NCBI RefSeq assembly: GCF_009914755.1
Contig: NC_060928.1
Source of the DNA: the human T2T-CHM13v2.0 reference genome, Homo sapiens
Length of the DNA: 64,000 nt
Strand: one strand, 5' to 3'
Below the pieces are notes generated by a model, which was not told the DNA's origin, did not search any database, and saw only the letters and a list, made by a program, of their open reading frames with translations. Of the stretch, positions 21,993 to 35,000 are shown one piece after another (within the stretch, counting starts at the first letter, position 1; each line of letters opens with the position of its first letter). A program made the translations under genes and the position numbers.

Positions 21993-23629
21993 CTAGAATA
22001 ATAATTATCATCAGCTCAGTTTACATAGAGGTCAGAATCAGAAATTAATTTCCAATTTATTTTATTTGGAGTAGCAGTATGTAGTTTTTACCATTCTCTC
22101 TGTTCTCAATGTCACTGTAAAGATGGACCAGTAGAGTTTACATTATAAAACTGGAAAAACTAGGGCTCAAGTACCTATGACTAGCGTTAAGTGATAGTTG
22201 ACTCACTGGTTTTAGCTTAATTTGGCTTTGCAAAATGTTAGACTTTCTGCATCTAAATGCCTATTACAGATGTAGGCTGATTACTTTTCCAATCTGCATA
22301 GAAAATCATTAGAACCAGATGAGTTAGAATGTGGAAGCATAAAAATCACATTCTATGATTATAATATTTGATAGTCTAAGAGTTAAGAATCACAGAATGT
22401 TGAGAGAGAAGGAACTCTTGGATGCCATCTATCACAATCCCAACATTTTACACTAGGTAACAATAATCATGTAGTAGTGGCTCTCAATATAGCCTTGAGC
22501 AAGACACATTTTTAAATATGTCTTAAATTTTTACTTTTCTACAATCACTACATTAAGATGCATTTTAAAAATGTTTGTCCCAGTGAAATAAAAGATTATA
22601 ATACTTTGGGAGGACTTTTGGACAGGCCTCTTGATTCTATATTATATATAATATTTCATATTTCTATGGTATATTACAATTTAAAAGAATTTTCTCCAAA
22701 ATAGGCCCATTTACTTCTCACAGTCATCTTTTGAAGTAGGCAGTGAAGTATCATCTCCACTTTATAAATAAGCACACTAAATCTCAGAATTTGACCACAT
22801 AAGTAGGTAGAGCCAGAATTAGATTTCATTTCTTTCTCATTATAGCATTAACATAGCATCCTTGGAATCAAATATTTTTATTAGTTTCTAAAATCTTTTG
22901 TAAATGTGCAATGAGGGTTAAATGAACAAATGAATAGAGTTTATCATTACTTTTGGTTTCAAACTTAGATTTCCATGAATTCTACCACCCCCTAAATTAT
23001 GCACATAATCTCATCTTTCTAACACTCTTTAGTGGGAAAGGTAGGTCAAGACAATACCAATCCCCTGATATGTCCATCTATTGCGCTTTCAATTCACCAC
23101 TACAAATTCTACAAATTCGGGTTTAAGTTTTTGGCATGAACAATGTGGAGAAATTTTCTTCAGAAAACAGCATCTAGTATCTTTATGTTGCTGGAGTTGC
23201 ATTATGTGGCTCTGATTAAACTAGAGTAACATCTGTAAGCTGTCTCCTTTACATCTTTCAGAAGGGTAGTTAGAAGCAGATTTCTCTTGAATTAATAGAA
23301 TTTGAGTCAATGGGATTGCATCTGTGTCCCCTTAAATCCTATTATTTTCTGGGCTTGGATTCACCCTGGCACAAGCTCTTTCTGGCACCAGATTTTGTTC
23401 ATTCTCTCTTAACTGGCACAGCTACTAGGTAGCTTTACACACCTAATGTAGCCTAGGAGCTTGGATGATTATGCTTATGCTCTATCTGAATCCAAAAACA
23501 ACCTAATGAAGCTTTTAATCTTGGAAAATAAGTCATATAGCATTATAAATCTCAAGTTCTATTGGTAAAAAGATAAAGTCCAAAATTTTACTTTGTATTT
23601 CTCAGTGAAAATTTTATCTTTAATACTAC

Positions 23630-23880
23630 TAATAATAGCTAATGCTTGTATGGTATTTACCTTATGCCAGACACGGTTCTGAGTGCTTTACATTTACTTA
23701 CTAATTCTCACAAAGCCATATTAAGTATATACAGTTATTCATTTAAGTAGACATGAAACTGAATCACAAACAGAGTAGGTAATTTGCCAAAGATCATGAA
23801 AGCTAGGACATGGCAGAGCTGAGATTTCACTTCAGATATCTGGCCCCAGACTCTGTGCTATTAGTGTTATGCTGCCTCTC
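23630..23880 (-). mobile_element. MIR in IL2 intron 2
   Basis: tatgccagacacggttctgagtgcttta...gaaactgaat...aggtaatttgccaaagatca...ggcagagctgagattt. Confidence 0.75.
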
Positions 23881-24282
23881 ACTTAGAAACCTTTCCTAAA
23901 ACAAGAAAAGATTTTTAAAAGTGGGCTCCTTGGAAATAGATTTTGGTATTTTACATACTAAAATGACATAATCAAATATTTTAGAGTTTTACATTTTTAA
24001 ATGAAACCATAAATGAACATTTTTGTTTAGAATTGTCTTATCGATAAAGTGAGAATATTATTTTTATGTTTTCTTCCCACCCCCACCAACACACAAATAT
24101 ATATTAAAAATATAGGTAAAACTGTTTTAATAGAGGCTTCATTATCAAACTTGGGTTTTCAAAAAAACAAATTAAAGTTACTCTTTACCTCAGATGAGCT
24201 GCTATTAGTCCCATCTGTGCAAATTTTCATATTACTTTGAATTTTATTAAAACAGAAATTGAACATAAAATATTGTACTTAC

Positions 24283-24342
24283 CTTCTTGGGCATGTAAAA
24301 CTTAAATGTGAGCATCCTGGTGAGTTTGGGATTCTTGTAATT
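24283..24342 (-). CDS. IL2: IL2 exon 2
   Basis: 60 nt, [20 protein letters not shown]; AG acceptor 24343-24344, GT donor 24281-24282; intron 1 is 90 nt. Confidence 0.99.
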
Positions 24343-24432
24343 CTAAGAAAGTATAATGCATTGTTATTAAGAAATGATCTCCAGCTAGATTACTAAATGT
24401 AATAATTTTAGTAAGAAAGGAAATATACTTAC

Positions 24433-24579
24433 ATTAATTCCATTCAAAATCATCTGTAAATCCAGAAGTAAATGCTCCAGTTGTAGCTGTGTTTTCTTTG
24501 TAGAACTTGAAGTAGGTGCACTGTTTGTGACAAGTGCAAGACTTAGTGCAATGCAAGACAGGAGTTGCATCCTGTACAT
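24433..24579 (-). CDS. IL2: IL2 exon 1 coding part (signal peptide + helix A)
   Basis: Translates [49 protein letters not shown] (147 nt), then GTAAGT donor (plus-strand ac at 24431-24432). Confidence 0.99.
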
Positions 24580-24652
24580 TGTGGCAGGAGTTGAGGTTAC
24601 TGTGAGTAGTGATTAAAGAGAGTGATAGGGAACTCTTGAACAAGAGATGCAA

Positions 24653-24658
24653 TTTATA
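24653..24658 (-). promoter_or_regulatory. IL2 TATA box
   Basis: TATAAA on the minus strand at about -32 to -27. Confidence 0.93.
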
Positions 24659-24669
24659 CTGTTAATTCT

Positions 24670-24931
24670 GGAAAAATATTATGGGGGTGTCAAAATGTTT
24701 TACATATTACACATATTTTCAAAGACTTTACCTGTCTGAAAAAACATTACCTTCATTTTTCCTCTTCTGATGACTCTTTGGAATTTCTTTAAACCCCCAA
24801 AGACTGACTGAATGGATGTAGGTGAAATCCCTCTTTGTTACATTAGCCCACACTTAGGTGATAGCTCTAATTCATGCAATTAACGCCTTCTGTATGAAAC
24901 AGTTTTTCCTCCTTTCTTTAAGGGGGTGGGG
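24670..24931 (-). promoter_or_regulatory. IL2 proximal promoter/enhancer (about -45 to -305)
   Basis: NFAT GGAAAA 24670-24675; ARRE-1 Oct ATGTAAAACA 24696-24705; proximal AP-1 AGAGTCA 24771-24777; CD28RE AAAGAAATTCC 24780-24790; distal AP-1-like TCAGTCA 24805-24811; NF-kB GGGATTTCAC 24822-24831; distal Oct 24874-24881; ARRE-2 24890-24912; Sp1/Egr CCCCACCCCC 24922-24931. Confidence 0.93.
24890..24912 (-). promoter_or_regulatory. ARRE-2 composite NFAT:AP-1 site
   Basis: Minus strand GGAGGAAAAACTGTTTCATACAG, the canonical human IL2 distal NFAT site. Confidence 0.95.
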
Positions 24932-24995
24932 ATACAAAAGTAACTCAGAAAATTTTCTTTGTCATAAAACTACACTGAACATGTGAATAGCATAT

Positions 24996-25083
24996 TGTGG
25001 TGGACAAGAGCAAGAGTAAACAGATGAAAAGAATAAATGTTTAGATTTGTTGATTAAACAGGAAGTGTATTGGTTTCCTGTTT
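24996..25083. promoter_or_regulatory. Distal IL2 RUNX site and inverted ETS/GABP pair
   Basis: TGTGGT 24996-25001; AAACAGGAA 25056-25064 and TTCCTGTTT 25075-25083 form a dyad. Confidence 0.75.
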
Positions 25084-25849
25084 CAGAATGGTTTTACCTT
25101 TTTATCCACACAATGAGCTAATTGCATACAATAAGATAGATTGCTTCTTACATGTCAGCTAGAGAAATACTAAGATTAGAATACTTAAAATGCTTATTGA
25201 GCTTGAGGTACTGTTTAACGCTATTTTAATTTAAAATGATTATATATCTGTTTAAGTCTCTTAATGTCTATTGTACATTTTTTAAAGGGTGCGATTGTTA
25301 AATACTCAGAAAAAGGTTTGCATTCAAGGATACTGATGCTAGTTTTATAATAGACTTTGTATGTGTTATGTGTAAACCAGTCCATGTTTCTCGTTTTTAT
25401 GTCTTTACCTCTTTAATGGATTTTTATTTATCCTCTAAATCACCTGGGACACTATGAATGTAACAATAATCGTTATGAAATATGATCTTGTTTTTAGTCA
25501 GAAGACTAGGATATTTAGGATAGGTGTTCATTCATCCTCAGTACAGTGCACAAACTGGCTGAACAATTGTACGGATATATACTTCTAATTTAACCTGGGG
25601 ACACTTGAGGAGATCCTGTCTCAGAGAGAGTCCTTGTAAAGCTTCCATTCTATGGCCTTATTTATTTCTTACCTGGACTTTTTTTTTTTTTTTAAAGATG
25701 GTATTGTCTGTGTTTTTGTTTGTTTTTTTAAGACAATATTGTCTGGTCTTTAAACAGACATCTAGCACCTATAATGCCTTCAGGTATATAGAAAGAGAGA
25801 AAAGAGAACAGTGTACAGGCAGGCACTTAGTCTAATATAAGTCTTACAG

Positions 25850-26010
25850 ACTTGTGAAGTGATGGCTCCTATTTTGCAGATTAGAAAACTGAGGCTCAGA
25901 GAAGTTAAGTAATTTGCTCTAGGTCACTCAGCCCTTATTGCCAGTAAGGGGCAGAAGAAGGATTTGAAAAGAGAATGTTCTGACTCCAAAAATCCACTCT
26001 CTTACCATTT
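25850..26010 (-). mobile_element. MIR core
   Basis: cctattttgcagattagaaaactgaggctcagagaagttaagtaatttgctctaggtcactcagc. Confidence 0.8.
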
Positions 26011-28762
26011 GTATTTTTTCAAAGAACCTGATTTGTAATAGGGAAGATATGTACATACACAAGTGTAGTCCTGGGTGATAGGTGATTGCTGCCCCAAGGG
26101 AGGTGGATATAAGGAATCTTGAATAAGGAACAATTAATTTAAACTGGATTTTGAGGAGGGTGCATAGGCAGGAATGATTAAAGCAGTCTAAGGAACAGTC
26201 AAATGTAATATTTTACAAAGAACAGAGAAAAATGGTTCAATAAGAGTTTTCTATGCGTTAGGTAATGTTCGGAGAATATAAAACAAATTTAAAAATAAAG
26301 ATTATAGTCCCTCAAGTAGAAAAAAAAATGAAGAAAAGGTCAGATTAGGGCCAAATCTCATGAACTTTTTATACGAAAAAATGCAAAATGTCTCTATACA
26401 TTTCAGATCAAAATCACATTAACGCTGTTATAAGGGGCAGGCTATTTGGTAGTCTGTGTGTTATTTATTTAATATAATAAAGTACAGCTTTATTATACTT
26501 GTTTTGCTTCTCTAAAGAGTTTCAGTGTCTAATCCCAGCATCATCACTCAGGCCTTTACCCTTCCAGAATGGAAGAATTCAAGCCCACACATTTTCCTAT
26601 GTGGGGGCTTTTCCAATGAGGTATTTGATGTTCTCCAGTCTTGATATTTCTATTTCTCTGGCTATTTCCATTAGAGAATGGGGCAATATATGGCTATACT
26701 TCTGGGACCCTGTAGAAAACTGAGTTCTTAGACCCCTAGTTTATCTCTGTTAATGCACAGTAGGCACCATTATAGAAGTTGGCTTTTTCATTTCTTTCTT
26801 GAAATACGTGTGGAAAAGCTACATTCGCTGTGACATACTTTCGCTTTCTCACGTCTGACACATCAGCTGGCTTTTCTGGTTGTGGCAGTAAAGTCACTAG
26901 TAGACTGCTAACTACCACGTGTGTCATACCCCCTGCTTCTCCTTTTACTATGCAGAATTTTACTATTAAACAAGAAGCTATTTTTAGTTGCTTAGCATTG
27001 TTTGTGACTTAGCCTCTTAGACTCAAGAGTGGCCCAAGTCCTTTCAAAGGGCAACCCCCATCCCTGAAGCTGCCTACCTAAGAGATTGCTCACTGTGTTG
27101 CACATATTGTCACTCCATCAAAGCTGACTTTCCAGGACTCTGCTTCCCATAAGTTTCTTCTTTCTGACCCTCTTTCAAAGTTTTGTAAAACTTTAATTTG
27201 GTCTGTAGCTTGATACCTATATTAATTCATCTCTTGTCAGTTTCTGTAAAGGCCTCTTGGGTTTTCAAGATTCAGTTCTGTTTCTTTGAAATTAGGAACG
27301 TGTTGGACAATTTCCACACCATCCAGAGATAATTCAGCTAGAAGCTCTGTGTTTCCTGTAAAAATCTGAATGAGCTCGGACATAGCTTGGTGATGCATTT
27401 GTCTTTATCAGCCCTATGGCCCTCCATAATGAAACACCACTTTTGTAAATCTGTTTATGATCACAGTTATGTCTCTGTGGTGTGTGCTCTTCCATGTGGC
27501 AAATTTTAATAATGTTCATAACCTTTTGGGATTGAAGAATTATTTCCATGGTACTTTCAATTTTGCAAAGTATTTTCAAATTTATTGTCTTGTATAGTCA
27601 CATTTTACTGATAAGAAATTTGACATTTACAGAGGTTAAAGTGGCTTACCCAAGATCACATTCTTAATTAGTGGTGAAGTTAGAGCAAAAACTCAAAGCC
27701 TCCCTGACCCCTCATAATCTCATCTTTTTTCCAGTGTAAAATAGTGATGATAAATTCTGGACCCATTAGGCTACATAGAGTAGGATGAATGAGATTGTGC
27801 CCACTATTCCATCTCACTTCACTCTGTCGGTGGTAGCTGATGATTCAAGGAAGGCATCATCCATCTTCACCTAAACAACAATTTGAGTATCCTTAGGATT
27901 TCTTTTTTACTTTATTTATTTATTTTAATTATACTTTAAGTTTTAGAGTACATGTGCACAACGTGTGGGTTTGTTACATATGTATACATGTGCCATGTTG
28001 GTGTGCTGCACCCATTAAATCGTCATTTAACATTAGGTATGTCTCCTAATGCTATCCCTCCCCACTCCCCCCACCCCACAACAGGCCCCAGTGCGTGATG
28101 TTCCCCTTCCTGTGACCATGTGTTCTCATTGTTCAGTTACCACCTATGAGTGAGAACATGCGGTGTTTGGTTTTTTATCCTTGCGATAGTTTGCTGAGAA
28201 TGATGGTTTCCAGCTTCATCCATGTCCCTACAAAGGACATGAACTCATCCTTTTTTATGGCTGCAAAGTATTCCATAGTGTATATGTGCCACATTTTCTT
28301 AATCTAGTCTATCATTGTTGGACATTTGGGTTGGTTCCAAGTCTTTGCTATTGTGAATAGTACCACAATAAACATATGTGTGCAAGTGTCTTTATAGCAG
28401 CATGATTTATAATCCTTTGGGTATATACCCAGTAATGGGATGGCTGGGTCAAATGGTATTTCTAGTTCTAGATCCCTGAGGAATCGCCATACTGACTTCC
28501 ACAATGTTGAACTAGTTTACAGTCCCACTAACAGTGTAAAAGTGTTCCTATTTCTCCACATCCTCTCCAGCACCTGTTGTTTCTTGACTTTTTAATGATC
28601 GCCATTCTAACTGGTGTGAGATGGTATCTCATTGTGGTTTTGATTTGCATTTCTCTGATGGCCAGTGATGATGAGAATTTTTTCATGTGTCTTTTGGCTG
28701 CATAAATGTCTTCTTTTGAGAAGTGACTGTTCTTATCCTTTGCCCACTTTTTGATGGGGTTG

Positions 28763-28846
28763 TTTGTTTTTTTCTTGTAAATTTGTTTTTTTCTTGTAAA
28801 TTTTGTTTTTTTCTTGTAAATTTGTTTTTTTCTTGTAAATTTGTTT
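28763..28846. repeat. Four tandem copies of 19-mer TTTGTTTTTTTCTTGTAAA inside L1 ORF2
   Basis: Units start at 28763, 28782, 28802, 28821; single copy in the other L1s (about 9086, about 54881). Confidence 0.92.
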
Positions 28847-28908
28847 GAGTTCATTGTAGATTCTGGATATTAGCCCTTTGTCAGATGCAAAAATTAGCCC
28901 TTTTGTCA

Positions 28909-29654
<746 letters not shown>

Positions 29655-30383
29655 TCATTTCATTGAGCAGTGGTTTATAGTTCTCCTTGAAGAGGTCCTT
29701 CACATCCCTTGTGAGTTGGATTCCTAGGTATTTTATTCTCTTTGAAGCAATTGTGAATGGGAGTTCACTCATGATTTGGCTCTCTGTTTGTCTGTTATTG
29801 GTGTATAAGAATGCTTGTGATTTTTGCACATTGATTTTGTATCCTGAGACTTTGCTGAAGTTGCTTATCAGCTTAAGGAGATTTTGGGCTGAGACAATGG
29901 GGTTTTCTATATATACAATCATGTCATCTGCAAACAGGGACAATTTGACCTCCTCTTTTCCTAATTGAATACCCTTTATTTCTTTCTCCTGCCTGATTGC
30001 CCTGCCAGAACTTCGAACACTGTGTTGAATAGGAGTGGTGAGAGAGGGCATCCCTGTCTTGTGCCAGTTTTCAAAGGGAATGCTTCCAGTTTTTGCCCAT
30101 CCAGTATGATATTGGCTGTGGGTTGGTCATAGATAGCGCTTATTATTTTGAGATACGTCCCATCAGTACCTAATTTATTGAGAGTTTTTAGCATGAAGGG
30201 CTGTTGAATTTTGTCAAAGGCCTTTTCTGCATCTGTTGAGATAATCATGTGTTTTTTGTTGTTGGTTCTGTTTATATGCTGGATTACATTTATTGATTTT
30301 CGTATGTTGAACCAGCCTTGCATCCCAGGAATGAAGCCAGCTTGATCATGGTGGATAAGCTTTGTGGTGTGCTGCTGGATTCA

Positions 30384-30884
<501 letters not shown>

Positions 30885-30893
30885 TTAGTTTTG

Positions 30894-32027
30894 CTAGTGG
30901 TCTATCAATTTTGTTGATCTTTTCAAAAAACCAGCTCCTGGATTCATTGATTTTTTGAAGGGTTTTTTGTATGTCTCTATCTCCTTCAGTTCTGCTCTGA
31001 TTGTAGTTATTTCTTGCCTTCTGCTAGCTTTTGAATGTGTTTGCTCTTGTTTCTCTAGTTCTTTTAATTGTGATGTTAGGCTGTCAATTTTAGATCTTTC
31101 CTGCTTTCTCTTGTGGGCATTTAGTGCTATAAATTTTCCTCTACACACTGCTTTGAATGTGTCCCAGAGATTCTGGTATGTTGTGTCTTTGTTCTCGTTG
31201 GTTTCAAAGAACATCTTTACTTCTGCCTTCATTTCGTTATGTACCCAGTAGTCATTCAGGAGCAGGTTGTTCAGTTTCCATGTAGTTGAGCGGTTTTGAG
31301 TGAGTTTCTTAATCCTGAGTTTTAGTTTGATTGCACTGTGGTCTGAGAGACAGTTTGTTGTACTTTCTGTTCTTTTACATTTGCTGAGGAGTGCTTTACT
31401 TCCAACTATGTGTTCAATTTTGGAATCGGTGTGGTGTGGTGCCGAAAAGAATGTATATTCTGTTGATTTGGGGTGGAGAGTTCTGTAGATGTCTATTAGG
31501 TCCGCTTGGTGCAGAGTTGAGTTCAATTCCTGGATATCCTTGTTAATTTTCTGTCTCATTGATCTGTCTAATGTTGACAGTGGGGTGTTAAAGTCTCCCA
31601 TTATTATTGTGTGGGAGTCTAAGTCTCTTTGTAGGTCTCTAAGGACTTGCTTTATGAATCTAGGTGCTCCTGTATTGGGTGCATATATATTTAGGATAGT
31701 TAACTCTTCTTGTTGAATTGATCCCTTTACCATTATGTAATGGCCTTCTGTGTCTCTTTTGATCTTTGTTGGTTTAAAGTCTGTTTTATCAGAGACTAGG
31801 ATTGCAACCCCTGCCTTTTTTTGTTTTCCGTTTGTTTGGTAGATCTTCCTCCATCCCTTTATTTTGAGCCTATGTGTGTCTCTGCACGTGAGATGGGTTT
31901 CCTGAATACAGCACACTGATGGGTCTTGACTCTTTATCCAGTTTGCCAGTCTGTGTCTTTTAATTGGAGCATTTAGCCTATTTACATTTAAGGTTAATAT
32001 TGTTATGTGTGAATTTGATCCTGTCAT
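30894..32027 (-). pseudogene. L1 ORF2p N-terminal fragment (APE endonuclease domain), frameshifted
   Basis: [16 protein letters not shown]...IQETH...GDFN...SDH motifs; frame is lost at about aa 355. Confidence 0.9.
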
Positions 32028-35000
32028 GATGATGTTAGCTGGTTATTTTGCTCGTTAGTTGATGCAGTTTCTTCCTGGCCTCAATGGTGTTTACAATTTG
32101 GCATGTTTTTGCAGTGGCTGGTACCGGTTGTTCCTTTCCATGTTTAGTGCTTCCTTCAGGAGCTCTTGTAGGGCAGGCCTGGTGGTGACAAAATCTTTCA
32201 GCGTTCACTTGTCTATATTTTATTTCTCCTTCACTTATGAAGCATAGTTTGGCTGGATATGAAATTCTGGGTTGAAAATTCTTTTCTTTAAGAATGTTGA
32301 ATATTGGCCCCCACTCTCTTCTGGCTTGTAGAGTTTCTGCCGAGAGATCAGCTGTTAATCTGATGGGCTTTCCTTTGTGGGTAAGCTGACCTTTCTCTCT
32401 GGCTGCCCTTAACATTTTTTCCTTCATTTCAACTTTAGTGAATCTAACAATTATGTGTCTTGGAGTTGCTCTTCTCGAGGATTATATTTGTGGCGTTCTC
32501 TGTATTTCCTGAATTTGAATGTCAGCCTGCCTTGCTAGATTGGGGAAGTTCTCTTGGATAATATCCTGCAGAGTGTTTTCCAGCTTGGTTCCATTCTCCC
32601 CATCACTTTCAGGTACACCAATCAGACGTAGATTTGGTCTTTTCACATAGTCCCATATTTCTTGGAGGCTTTGTTCATTTCTTTTTTTTCTTTTTTCTCT
32701 AAACTTCTCTTCTTGCTTCATTTCATTCATTTGATCTTCCATCACTGATACCCTTTCTTCCAGTTGATCGAATCAGCTACTGAGGCTTGTGCATTTGTCA
32801 TGTAGTTCTTGTGCCATGGTTTTCAGCTCCATCAGGTCCTTTAAGGACTTCTCTGCATTGGTTATTCTAGTTAGCCATTCATCTAATTTTTTTCAAGGTT
32901 TTTAACTTCTTTGCCGTGGGTTCGAACTTCCTCCTTTAGCTCAGAGTAGTTTGATCATCTGAAGCCTTCTTCTCTCAACTCGTCAAAGTCATTCTCTGTC
33001 CAGCTTGGTTCCATTGCTGGTGAGGAGCTGCGTTCCTTTGGAGGAGGAGAAGCGCTCTAATTTTTAGAGTTACCAGTTTTTCTGCTGTGTTTTTTTCCCC
33101 ATCTTTGTGGTTTTATCTACCTTTGGTCTTTGATGATGGTGCCGTACAGATAGGGTTTTGGTGTGGATGTCCTTTCTGTTTGTTAGTTTTCCTTCTAACA
33201 GTCAGGACCCTCAGCTGTAGGTCTGTTGGAGCTTGCTGGAGGTCCACTCCAGACCCTATTTGCCTGGGTATTAGCAGCGGAGGCTGCAGAACAGTGGATA
33301 TTGGTGAACAGCAAATGTTGCTGCCTGATCGTTCCTCTGGAAGTTTTTTCTCAGAGGAGTACCCAGCCATGTGAGGTGTCAGTCTGCCCCTACTTGGGGG
33401 TGCCTCCCAGTTAGGTTACTCGGGGGTCAGGGACCCACTTGAGGAGGCAGTCTGTCCATTCTCAGATCTCAAGCTGCATGCTGGGAGAACCACTACTCTC
33501 TTCCAAGCTGTCAGACAGGGACATTTAAGTCTGCAGAGGTTTCTGCTGCCTTTTGTTTGGCTATGCCCTGCCCCCGGAGGTGGAGTCTACAGAGGCAGGC
33601 AGGCCTCCTTGAGCTGCAGTGGGCTCCACCCAGTTCGAGCTTCCCAGCTGCTTTGTTTACCTACTCAAGCCTCGGCAATGGTGCGCACCCCTCTCCCAGC
33701 CTCACTGCCACCTTGCAGTTTGATCTCAGACTGCTGTGCTAGCAGTGAGTGAGGCTCCGTGGGCATAGGACCCTCTGAGCCAGGTGCTGGATATAATCTC
33801 TTGGTGTGCTGTTTGCTAAGACCATTGGAAAAGCGCAGTATTAGGGTGGGAGTGACACGATTTTCCAGGTGCTGTCTGTCACCCCTTTCTTTGACTAGGA
33901 AAAGGGAATTCCCTAACCCCTTTCACTTCCCTGGTGAGGTGATGCCTCGCCCTGCTTTGGCTCAGGCTTGGTGCACTGCACCCACTGTCCTGTACCCACT
34001 GTCCGACACTCCCCAGTGAGATGAACCCGGTACCTCAGTTGGAAATGCAGAAATCATCCGTCTTCTGCGTCGCTCATGCTGGGAGCTGTAGACTGGAGCT
34101 GTTCCTATTCGGCCATCTTGGCTCCACCCCCCAAGCCTTAGGATTTCTAAGAACTTGGAGCAGCTGAATTCACACAGGAGCTACAAATGCTGAGCTTTGC
34201 TCATGTTTTTGAATCTCTTTCTGGAGTCTTTTAAAAACACCAGCACACTTGATGTTTTCCAACATTTCTCCCATATCTAAAGTTAGGCGATGATTGTATC
34301 CACTGTGGATTAAAGCTGCACTGTGCTTTTCAGAGTGCAGTGTTTCTTAGGCTAACATGGAAATATCACACTAGGCAATTGTCTGCATTGGCAGCCAAGA
34401 GATACCTTACTACTTAAATGTGATGAGAAGAGGAAAATCTTCAAAACCTTTGGAAATTTACTTTTTGTGTAAATATGACAAGTCACACAGCAGTTACTAG
34501 AGGTAGAATATGATAGTCTTCTGACAGTAACGGTAATGGATTTGCAAAGTGCTTCAAGTTTATAAAGCACTTTCACATCTATTTATCTCATTTCACATCT
34601 TTTAATTTACCACAAAATAGTTAAGGAAAGAAACATGTGTTTCATATGGGCAGAACTTTTTTTCTTCATACATTAAGAATTAAGCCTTCCAACTTACAGA
34701 TAAATATTAGCTTTCTCCTCTGCCAAGATAAATGCTTTTATTAAAATTTTGTGAAAATAAAGTTATTTACAGTCATTTAAGCTTATCTACATCTAATTGT
34801 GTTTCCTATCTTATTTCTAAGTTATCTGTCAACAGTTTGTTCTTTTCTCCTGTAGTGGCTTTGGGTATACCATTGACAGAGAGTCCATTGTTCATCATTC
34901 CTAAATAGTATACATATTTTAAAGATTCTGATCTGATTTTTTTATATTTTAAAATTTATAACATTTTCTAGTTAGAAAATAATACATATTCATTATAGAA

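Larger units (their letters stand above)
19609..24626 (-). other. IL2: IL2 transcription unit (approximate TSS to polyA site)
   Basis: 5'UTR ATCACTCTCTTTAATCACTACTCAC...CCACAATG about 27 nt below the TATA box; 3' end about 15 nt past AATAAA. Confidence 0.93.

Noticed and set aside
21814-22011. 65-aa minus ORF over exon 3, and 24434-24652 over exon 1
   Set aside because: Alternative frames of IL2 exons with no independent support
24385-24432. ORF-track extension of IL2 exon 1 ([15 protein letters not shown])
   Set aside because: Read-through into intron 1 past the GTAAGT donor
28763-28846. CRISPR-like array
   Set aside because: Head-to-tail repeats without spacers, in a mammalian L1
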